From the NCBI GenBank assembly GCA_963734495.1, contig CAVTHK010000016.1, positions 192,001-256,000 on the forward strand: 64,000 nucleotides of DNA, read 5' to 3'. Below, in pieces: positions 55,931-64,000 of the stretch. How positions within the stretch are numbered: the stretch's first letter is position 1; the number at the start of each line of letters is the position of its first letter. Source of the stretch: an uncultured Spirochaetota bacterium. Lineage in GTDB: Bacteria; Spirochaetota; Spirochaetia; SZUA-6; CAVTHK01. A program made the position numbers and the translations under genes. The notes beneath the pieces were generated by a model. It was not told the DNA's origin. It was given only the letters and a program-made list of their open reading frames with translations, and searched no databases.

Positions 55931-56626
55931 GCTCCCGCCTCCAGCGCGTAGCAGGAGGCCACGTCCGCGAAGGCGCGGTCCGCGAGGTAGCGGGCGATCG
56001 CCCGCGTCGTACTCGGCGGTGTGGGCGAACGCCCTCTGCGCGAGGCGATAACGGGTGGCCAGAGTGAGCGCCCCGCCGCGCGAGCGCAGCTCGGCGAGCA
56101 CGCCCGCGTAGTCAGCCGGGTCGACGAGCGCCGCGACCCGGAGAAAGTTCTTGGCGGCGGCGCGGATCATGCACGGGCCGCCGATGTCGATGTTCCCTCT
56201 CGCCGTCTCGGGGGTCGCTCCCGGCTTGCGGATCGCCTCGGAGAAAGGGTACAGGTTGCCGACGACCATGTCGAAGGCCACGGCCCCGGCCCGGCGCAGG
56301 TCGGCCGCGTGATCGGGGTTGTAGGTCTCGCTCAGCAGCCCGAGGTAGACGCGGAAATCCAGCGTCTTGACGAGGCCGCCCTGCATCTCCGGCTGTCCGG
56401 TGTACTCGCTGACGGCGACGAGCCGGCCCGCGGCGTCCGCGCCGAGCAGGCGCGCGATCTCGCGGTAGGTGCCGCCGGTCGAGTAGAAGACGATGCCGGG
56501 GCACGCCTCCATCAGGGACGGGACGAGGCCGTCGAGACCGCTCTTGTCGGCGACGCTCACGATGGCCCGGCGCACGGGCACGAGGTCGTCGGCGCGGCTC
56601 ACCGTGTTGAGCTGCTCGAGGCTCAT
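55927..56626 (-). CDS. IMP cyclohydrolase (MGS-like) half of a split PurH
   Basis: IVSVADKSGL, STGGT, YTGQPEMQGGLVKTL, NLYPF, IDIGGPCMIRAAAKN, AFAHTAEYD; ATGA overlap with the next gene. Confidence 0.88.
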
Positions 56627-57732
56627 TCCCGCACCCACTCGGCGAAGTTCGGCGCGGAGTAGGATGCTGTGCCAGAGCCCGGAGCCGGCGGTCAGCGCGA
56701 AGACCAGAGTGGGCGACCGCGGCCGGGTCCACGTAGAAGTCGATCACGTCGCCGTTGTAGAGCTCGGTGTCGGTCGTGTCGACGAGCCGGTGGTTCGAGC
56801 CCACGCGCCCGTCGTGACCAGCTGGTAGGCCCGTGCTCCATGCTCCCGATGACGATGTTTCCGCCACTCGGGCGACGCTCCGACCTCGCCGATACGGTTG
56901 AACCGGACGGTCGTCCCGGAGACCTCGATGCCGGTGACTCCGGTCCAGCTCGCCGGGTTGTTGCCGGTCGGCGGTCTGCAGCAGGTCGCCGTCCTGAGTC
57001 GCGAGGTAGTACCTGCGCCGCACCCCGGCGAGTAGTACACGCCCCCGATGATCGCGCCCCCGACAGCGCCGGGCGTGGCGTCGGTGGTCATGGTCCCGGC
57101 CGCCGCGTCGCCGCGGATCAGCTGCGTCGAAACCGCCGCATAATACTCCGCCCCATCAAAGGTGACCTGGTTCACGGGCTTGCCTTTGCCGCTGATCCCG
57201 GTCGGGTCGAAGCTGCCGGACGCCCCGCTCGCAGACGAGTACAGGGAATAGCTCGTCTCCGACTCCATGGTGGCTGCGAACAGTCGCGGTCCTGCGACGA
57301 AGAGCCCTGTGACCTGCTTGCCGTCGACATCGCTGTCGGTCACCTGGGTCCAGACCGGCTGGGCCGCGGCCGTCCCGGTCCACAGCTCGCCCACGCTGCC
57401 CGAAAGCGTGGCGGCATACAGCGTTCCCACCGTACACGCACGAGCGCCGTGCAGGAGTCGGTCCCCGAGGGGAGCCGCACCTTGGTCCAGGTCGTGCCGG
57501 TTGTCGGCCGCTGCCACATCGAGCCGCCGAGGGAAACGAAATAGAAGCCGCCGGCGGAGCCCATGCCCAGGATCGTCGAGTTGTTGTCCAGCGAGTAATC
57601 GATCACCGGCTGCTCGTTCTCGACGAAGTAGAAGATGGCCGTGTCGTTGTTGGTGCACGCGGCGAGCGCGGCGGCGGCAACGGCCGCCGCAAGAAGGACT
57701 CGCGCAAGGGGGATCTCAAACAGGCGTCGCAT
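56623..57732 (-). CDS. Hypothetical lipoprotein, beta-rich (several frameshifts)
   Basis: Lipobox LAAC followed by TNNDTAIFYFVENE; reconstructed end ..FAEWVRE* overlaps the ATG at 56626. Confidence 0.7.
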
Positions 57733-57822
57733 TCGAAACCTCGGCAATCAGCCTGTCGGACCTGCCGCAGGCCGTCATTCCCGCCGCTCCGGCGGGTCCG
57801 GGCGCGGCGAACCGCGCCCGAT

Positions 57823-58461
57823 CTAGAAATTGTAGAACACGCTGGGCGAGATCATGAGAAAGTTGCCCATCCGGGCCTGCGATGGATCCTGGCTCGAAGT
57901 GGTGGACTGGAAATCGAGCCACCACGTGAGGTTCAACCCGAAGGACCAGTTGGAGTCGTAGCGCCAGTAGCCCGCCACACCCGGTTTGAGGATGAAGTCG
58001 ACGTGCGACCACTCGCGGTAGCGCACGATGCTGATGCCGGCCCCGAGGTAAAAAGGAAACTCGAAGCGGGACACGCCGAGCACGTAGGCGACCTTCGCGG
58101 TGATCGGCATGAGGAACAGCGTGTGGTCGTTGGGGCTGCGCGCAAAGGAGCCGGCGAGGTCGAGCCCGATGCGGAGGTTGGGGTTCAGGTAGGCGGCCCA
58201 CTGCAGCTCCCCCATGCCGCCGAGGGTCAGGTTCGTGGGGAAGGCGGAGCCGCCGAACTCCTGGAAGAAGAGCGGCACCATCATTCCCGCCGAGAGCGCC
58301 AGGGTCTGGTCTCCGAGCTGGTGCCCTTCCATCTCCAGGACGCTCTTCTTCTTGTCGCCCGGCTGCTGCCCCTCGGGAGGCGGCTGGTCCGACTGGGCGA
58401 AGACAAAGGCTCCGGCAGTCAGCAAGATCGCGGCGACCCAGGTTCTCGATTGAAGTCTCAA
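57823..58461 (-). CDS. TP0733-like 8-stranded outer-membrane beta-barrel (OmpW/OprG-like)
   Basis: Signal peptide, GDQ..LSAG..PLFF, amphipathic strands, terminal YNF. Confidence 0.8.
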   Translation of the reverse strand: MRLQSRTWVAAILLTAGAFVFAQSDQPPPEGQQPGDKKKSVLEMEGHQLGDQTLALSAGMMVPLFFQEFGGSAFPTNLTLGGMGELQWAAYLNPNLRIGLDLAGSFARSPNDHTLFLMPITAKVAYVLGVSRFEFPFYLGAGISIVRYREWSHVDFILKPGVAGYWRYDSNWSFGLNLTWWLDFQSTTSSQDPSQARMGNFLMISPSVFYNF

Positions 58462-58558
58462 GCGTGTCTCCCACAGGAATCGGCGGGCCCGGGCTGCGCG
58501 ACCGGCCGCGGATGCCTATGCGTGCGCGCGCTCCACCCCGCCGGGACGGGCAAGGCGC

Positions 58559-58587
58559 ATACTACCACCGGGGGAGTCCTTTATCAA
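58559..58587 (-). promoter_or_regulatory. Sigma70 promoter of the OMP operon
   Basis: TTGATA-17 nt-TAGTAT. Confidence 0.65.
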
Positions 58588-58633
58588 CAGCAGCCCCCCG
58601 CCTGCCCCCCGCCGGGCAGCAGCAGGCAGGGCG

Positions 58634-59524
58634 CTACCCGTAGACCCTCCGCGCGATGCGGTAGGTGGCCGCATACGCGGCGACGCTTTCGTCGATCGGC
58701 TCGGCGTAGCCGCCGCCGAGCGCGAGCGAGACGGGGACGCCGCGCGCGCTGCAGGCGGCAAGCACCATCTCGTCCCGGGCCTCGAGCGCACGCGCGCTGA
58801 GCGACAGGCGGCCGAGGCGGTCGGCCGCGAGCGCATCCACTCCGGCCAGATAGAGCACGATCTCCGCGTCCAGCGCCGCGGGCAGGTGCTCCGCGAGAGC
58901 ATCGAGGTACTCCGCGTCCGTCGTTCCGTCGGGCAGGGCGACGGCGTCGCCCGCGAGCACCTTGCGCACCGGGTAGTTCTTCTCGCAGTACATGTCGAGG
59001 ATCGAGACCCCCGGGACGCCGCCGAGCAGAGCCCCGTTCCCGTCGCCCTGGTGCACGTCGAGGTCGATGACCGACACCCGCCTGACCCTCCCGCGGGCGA
59101 GGAGCGTGAGCGCGACCACAGCCAGGTCATTGAAGACGCAGAAACCGGCGCCGGCGTCCCGGCGCGCGTGGTGCGTCCCGCCGCCCAGGTTGCCCGCGAT
59201 CCCGTCCTCGAGCGCGGCTTCGGCCGCGGCCAGGGAGCCCCCGACCGAAGCGCACGACCGCAGGTACAGCTCGCGGCTCCAGGGCAGACCGATCGCCCGC
59301 TCGATCGCGCGGTCGAGCGACCCGCGGGCCAGAGCCTCGACGTAGGCGGGGTCGTGCGCCGCCTCGAGCAGCGCGTGGTCGGCGAGGGGCGCGGGCTCGA
59401 AATCATCCGCGGTGAGCGTGCCCTCGGCGAGCAGGCGCTGCCTGAGCAGCCGATACTTCGACGCCGGAAACCTGTGGCCGGGCGGAAGGGGGAGAGCATG
59501 GTGGTCGGACGTGAAGACCCGCAC
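58634..59524 (-). CDS. Histone deacetylase-family (AcuC-like) Zn deacylase
   Basis: GHRFP..KY, GGTHHA, GFCVFND, DLDVHQGDG, AGVD, GGGY. Confidence 0.94.
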   Translation of the reverse strand: MRVFTSDHHALPLPPGHRFPASKYRLLRQRLLAEGTLTADDFEPAPLADHALLEAAHDPAYVEALARGSLDRAIERAIGLPWSRELYLRSCASVGGSLAAAEAALEDGIAGNLGGGTHHARRDAGAGFCVFNDLAVVALTLLARGRVRRVSVIDLDVHQGDGNGALLGGVPGVSILDMYCEKNYPVRKVLAGDAVALPDGTTDAEYLDALAEHLPAALDAEIVLYLAGVDALAADRLGRLSLSARALEARDEMVLAACSARGVPVSLALGGGYAEPIDESVAAYAATYRIARRVYG

Positions 59525-59595
59525 GACTCCCGCTCAGTATAGCGATGCGGGCGAAGCGGGGGCAATCGACCCGTGGACAGGGGTCCCGCTCGCAG

Positions 59596-59624
59596 TTGAA
59601 GAACCGGGAACCCGCTGCTATGAT
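59596..59624 (+). promoter_or_regulatory. Sigma70 promoter of nagZ
   Basis: TTGAAG-17 nt-TATGAT, 9 nt before the ATG. Confidence 0.6.
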
Positions 59625-59633
59625 GCGGCCGTC

Positions 59634-60975
59634 ATGCGACGCTCCGGAGGGTCGTTGCTGGCGGTGCTGCTTCTCGCGGCAGGCTGCGCCACTCCTCCCG
59701 CCGCGCCCCCGGTGTTGCCCCCTCCAGCGCCGCCCGCGGCCCCGCCGCCCCTGGCCGCGGCTCCACCTCCGGCCCCGGCGGCACCGCAGGCCCCGCGCGC
59801 GGTCCCTCCGCGGGCGGCGGCCCCGAGCGCCCCGGGCCCGGACCGCGACCTGGCGAAGATCGTCTCGCAGATGAGCCTCGACCGCCGCATCGCGCAGCGC
59901 CTGGTGTGCTGGATATCGGGCACCGAGCCCGGAGACCGCAACGAGCGGCTCGTCAAGGACCTCGGGCTGGGCGGGGTCATCCTGAACGGGAACAACGTGC
60001 GCAGCGCGGAGCAGGTCTCCGAGCTGGTCGCGTCGCTTCAGTCGGCGGCCGCCGAGTCGTCGCCGGCCGTGGGCCTGTTCGTGGCCGTGGACCAGGAGGG
60101 CGGCCGCGTCACGCGGCTGCGCTTCGACATGATGTCCCGGTTCCCCGCGCAGGCGCAGTGGGCGGCCCACCGGGACGCGCTCTTCGTGGCTGCCGCAGCC
60201 TATGTCACGAGCGTCGAGCTCCGCGAGCTCGGCATCAACATGAACTTCGCGCCGGTGCTGGACCTCTACGGACGCCCCGACGACACCGTGATCGGCGACC
60301 GCTCCTTTGGCCCGGACCCGGCGGCGACGGGGCAGCTGGGAGCGCGGTACATCGAGGCCGCGGCGCGCGCCGGGATCGTGGCCGTCCCCAAGCACTTCCC
60401 CGGCCACGGCGAGAGCGACACGGATTCCCACCGGTCGCTCCCGGTCGTCGAGACCCCGCGCCGGGAGCTGGAGGCGGGTGCCCTGGTCCCCTTTCGCGCG
60501 GCGATCGCCGCGGGGGCCGACGCCGTGATGACCGCTCACGTCCTCTACCGGGACGCTCGACCCGGAGCTGCCGGCCACGCTCTCGCGCCGGATCGTCACG
60601 GACCTTCTCCGCCGGGAGATGGGATTCCGCGGCGTCGTGATCTCCGACGCGCTGGAGATGGCCGCCCTGGAGCGCGGACGCCCCATAGACGTCATCCTGA
60701 AGCAGGCGATCAAGGCGGGGGTGGACGTCCTGCTCGATCGGAGGACGCTACGAGCCCGCCGAGCTGGTGGCTTCGGTACGAGGCATGGTCGAGCGCGGGG
60801 AGGTCACGCAGCAGGAGATCGACGAAGGAGTGCTGCGCATCCTCGAGCTCAAGCGCAGGCGCGGGCTGCTGGGCGGGACACCGCACCCGAGACCGCGGCC
60901 GTCGCTCCGGCGCCGCAGCCGGCCCCCGCGCCCGCGGCGCCGCTCCCCGCCGGGCCCGCGGCAGGGAGCCGTTGA
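59634..60975 (+). CDS. nagZ: GH3 beta-N-acetylhexosaminidase lipoprotein (3' frameshifts)
   Basis: Lipobox AAGC, VDQEGGRV, NFAPVLD, KHFPGHGESDTDSH (NagZ signature), ISDALEM. Confidence 0.88.
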
Positions 60976-60999
60976 GGACGCGGGGGATCAGGAGGGACG

Positions 61000-61527
61000 A
61001 TGGGCGAAGCGCGGGTCGGCATCGTGATGGGCAGCGACTCGGATCTTCCGGTCATGGCCGACGCCGCTCAGGCGCTCGAGCAGCTCGGCGTCGCGGTGGA
61101 GGTCGTGATCGCGTCGGCGCACCGGACTCCGGACCGGGCCGCGCAGTATGCCCGCGAGGCGCGCGGCCGCGGCCTGCAGACGCTGATCGCCGGCGCCGGC
61201 GGCGCCGCTCACCTCGCGGGGGTGCTGGCGGCGCTGACCCCGCTCCCCGTGATCGCGGTCCCGGTCAAGGCGGGCTCGCTCGACGGTCTGGACAGCCTCC
61301 TGTCCATGGTGCAGATGCCGCGCGGCGTGCCCGTGGCCACGGTCGGCATCAACGCCGCCTGGAACGCGGGGCTGCTGGCCGCCCGGATCCTTGCCGTCAG
61401 GGACGAGGCCCTTTCGCAGCGGCTCTCCGCCTACATGGCCGAGCTGGCACGCGGTGTCGAGGAGCGCGCGGCGAAGCTGGAGGAGATGGGCTACAAGCGC
61501 TACCTCGAGCAGAAACTGAAGAAGTAG
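61000..61527 (+). CDS. purE: N5-CAIR mutase
   Basis: MGSDSD, SAHRTP, AGGAAHLAG, VQMPRGVPVATV. Confidence 0.96.
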   Translation: MGEARVGIVMGSDSDLPVMADAAQALEQLGVAVEVVIASAHRTPDRAAQYAREARGRGLQTLIAGAGGAAHLAGVLAALTPLPVIAVPVKAGSLDGLDSLLSMVQMPRGVPVATVGINAAWNAGLLAARILAVRDEALSQRLSAYMAELARGVEERAAKLEEMGYKRYLEQKLKK

Positions 61528-61550
61528 GCCGCCGCGGCCGGCCCGCCGAC

Positions 61551-63343
61551 CTACAGAGGGCGCGTCTCGCGCGCGAGCCAGGCCGCGGCCTCGGCCTCCA
61601 GGAGCGGCGCGAGCGTGGCGCGCACGCGCTCGTGGTACGCGTTGAGCCACGCACGCTCGCCGGCGTCGAGGAGCCGCGGCTCCACCAGACGCAGGTCGAT
61701 GGGGCAGAGCGTCAGGGTCTCGAATCGCAGGAACCCGCCGCTCTCGCCGCTCAGGTTCTCGGCGCGCTGGACGAGCGCGAGGTTTTCCGTCCGCAGCCCG
61801 AAGTGCCCCGCCCGGTAGTAGCCGGGCTCGATCGACAGCACCATGCCCCGGGACAACCCCGCGGCAAAGCCCGACACCGGCGAGATGCTCTGCGGCCCCT
61901 CGTGCACGCAGAGATAACTGCCCACGCCGTGTCCCGTGCCGTGGCCGTAGTCCAGCCCCCGCTCCCACAGCGGGAGCCTCGCCAGGGTGTCGAGCTGCAC
62001 GCCCTTGGTGCCCTCCGGAAAGACCGCCGCGGCGAGCCGGATGTGCCCCTTGAGCACGAGCGTGAACAGCTCGCGCTGCTCCGCCGACGGCTCGCCGAGC
62101 GCGACCGTGCGCGTGATGTCGGTGGTGGCGTCGAGATACTGGCCGCCGGAATCGAGCAGGTAGATCCCGCGCGGCTCGCAGCGCGGCGTCCGTCTCCGGC
62201 GCCGGCTTGTAGTGGACGACGGCGCCGTGCTCTCCGTACGACGAGATCGTCGCGAAGCTCGGCCCCCGGTACAGCGGGTCCATGCCGCGGAAGGTCTCGA
62301 GGCGCGCGGCCGCTGAGAGCTCGGTGACCCGCTGCGACGGCACCGCGCTCTGGAGCCACCGGAAGAAGCGGATCATCGCCAGCCCGTCGCTCACGTGCGC
62401 CCGGCGCGCGCCGGCGATCTCGGAGTCGTTCTTGACCGCCTTCATCATCGACAGGGGAAGGCGGCGCAGCAGCGACGTGCCCGCGTCCCGCACGACACGC
62501 GCGACCGCCTGGCTCGCGCCCGGATCGACCCACACGGGCGAGAGCTCGGCTGCGGTGCGCCCGAGCTCGGCCGGGAAGCTGTCGTACGGCAGGATCCTGG
62601 CGGCGCCCTCGAGGGCGGACCTGATATCCGGCGAGACTTTGGCCGGGTCGATGAAGAGCGTCGCATCCCGCGCCGTGACAAGCGCGTATGCGATCGCGAG
62701 CGGGTTGTAGTCGATGTCGGCCCCGCGCAGGTTGAACAGCCAGGCGATCGAGTCGAGCGAGGTCACCGCGAGGCTGCGCGCGCGGGCCGCCGCCATGGCC
62801 GAGCGCAGCCTGCGCAGCTTGTCGGCAACGCTCTCGCCCGGCGTACTCGATCCGCTGCGGCACCGCGGGCGCCGGCGGCAGCGCGGGCCGGTCGCTCCAG
62901 AGGGCGTCCACGAGGTTTTCGTCGATCCAGCTGACGTCGATCTTCGCCGGCTCGAGCGCGGCCTCGAGATCCCGCGCCTCTTCCGCGGACAGCAGGGCGG
63001 GGTCCGCGCCGACCCGGTCGCCGGCCGCGAGGGCTCCCGCGAGCCACTCGTGCACGTGCGGGGTCCCGGGAAGGCCGATGCGGAAGAGCTCGATGCCCGA
63101 CCCGCGAGCTCGCGCTCGGCCTGCAGAAAGTAGCGGGAGTCGGTCCACAGGCCGGCGCGGTCGCGCGTCACCGCGACGTCTCCCCGGGAGCCGGTGAATC
63201 CGCTGAGCCAGCGCCGCCTCTGCCACGCGCGTCGGAACGTACTCGCTCTGGTGCGGGTCGGTGCCCGGCACCAGGTAGGCCTGGCAGCCTCTGCCTTCCA
63301 TCGCGGCGCGCAGCCGCGCCACGCGTTCGGCGTAAACGCTCAT
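61551..63343 (-). CDS. Aminopeptidase P (M24B, long form), several frameshifts
   Basis: DPHQSEY, WTDSRYF.QA, AWLFNLRG.D, DSGGQY..TTDITRT, HGTGHGVG..VHEGP, EPGYY, RTEN. Confidence 0.92.
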
Positions 63344-63486
63344 GCCTGCTCCCCCCGGGTCCCGCCCTGCGGGTCCGAAGCTCATAATATCCCCGCGCCC
63401 GCGCGGCTCGGAAAGCCTGCCTCTTGTACGTGGATGGCCTGCGTCGCGCTTGATGTTGCCCGACGCTTTCGGGTAGCTTTACAGGC

Positions 63487-63906
63487 GTGCGGACGGTGCT
63501 CGTTTTCGGCACGTTCGATGTCGTCCACCCCGGGCACATCTACTTTCTCCAGCAGGCGCGCAAGCGCGGCGACCGCCTCGTGGCATCGGTCGCGAGGGAC
63601 AGCTTCGTGACGCGCTTCAAGGGCAGGCGCCCCGTTCACACCGAGGACGAGCGGCTGCGGCACGTGCTGGACACCGGGCTCGTGGACGATGCCTTCCTCA
63701 GCGACGAGGAGACCGGCACCTACAGCGCCATCCGCCGGCTGCGGCCCGAGGTGATCTGCCTCGGGCACGACCAGGACGCGCTGGGAGAGAATCTCGTGGA
63801 CTGGATGAGGGACGAGGGCGTGGAAGCCTCGGTCGAGACGATCGACGCCCTCGAGCCCGGCCGCTACAAGTCCTCGATCCTGAACGCCGGCCGCCGGCGT
63901 CGGTAG
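63487..63906 (+). CDS. HIGH-type nucleotidyltransferase, archaeal FAD synthase (RibL)-like
   Basis: FGTFDVVHPGH, VARD, E.ER, PEVICLGHDQ, YKSS. Confidence 0.8.
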   Translation: MRTVLVFGTFDVVHPGHIYFLQQARKRGDRLVASVARDSFVTRFKGRRPVHTEDERLRHVLDTGLVDDAFLSDEETGTYSAIRRLRPEVICLGHDQDALGENLVDWMRDEGVEASVETIDALEPGRYKSSILNAGRRRR

Positions 63907-64000
63907 GTGCGGGCCGCGCGGCCCGGCCGCGCGCACATTCCAAGGAAGGGCGGGAAGAAAGTAGTGGGCAGCATTCCCGTCGTTCAGCTCGCGGTCATGG

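Overview
This is a very GC-rich (roughly 70% by eye) core-genome segment of a bacterium that is most likely a spirochaete. The evidence is a FliG1-type fliG, a TP0733-like outer-membrane barrel, and the Borrelia/Treponema gene order cdaA-cdaR-acpS-DUF2225-truA-UDG-priA. Many conserved genes carry scattered 1-bp frameshifts, the pattern of an unpolished long-read assembly, so I report them as CDSs rather than pseudogenes. In order, the window holds: (1) a partial P-type ATPase; (2) a PQ-loop-like/flavodoxin/TPR-SpoIID operon; (3) an ~18 kb TCA cluster (sdhAB, sucCD, sucAB, lpdA, gltA, two tandem mdh paralogues, acnA, fumC; no icd and no sdhCD); (4) TPR protein plus rubredoxin, YyaL, aldo/keto reductase and glycerate kinase; (5) trpR-trpB2 and two unknown envelope proteins; (6) a DHODH-like protein, bcp and a VanY-like peptidase; (7) an ABC importer coupled to folB-folE, then tlpA-ccdA and fliG; (8) folP and the c-di-AMP operon through priA; (9) pcnB, a P-loop/Asp23 fusion, folD and a split purH; (10) OMP plus lipoprotein, deacetylase, nagZ, purE, aminopeptidase P and a RibL-like nucleotidyltransferase. 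I found no rRNA, tRNA, CRISPR array, transposase or prophage, and no clearly novel large system. The best leads are the divergent second MDH, the folate-linked ABC importer, a candidate TrpR operator, the anchor-less SdhAB and several uncharacterised proteins. All protein calls come from motif recognition only; no searches were run.
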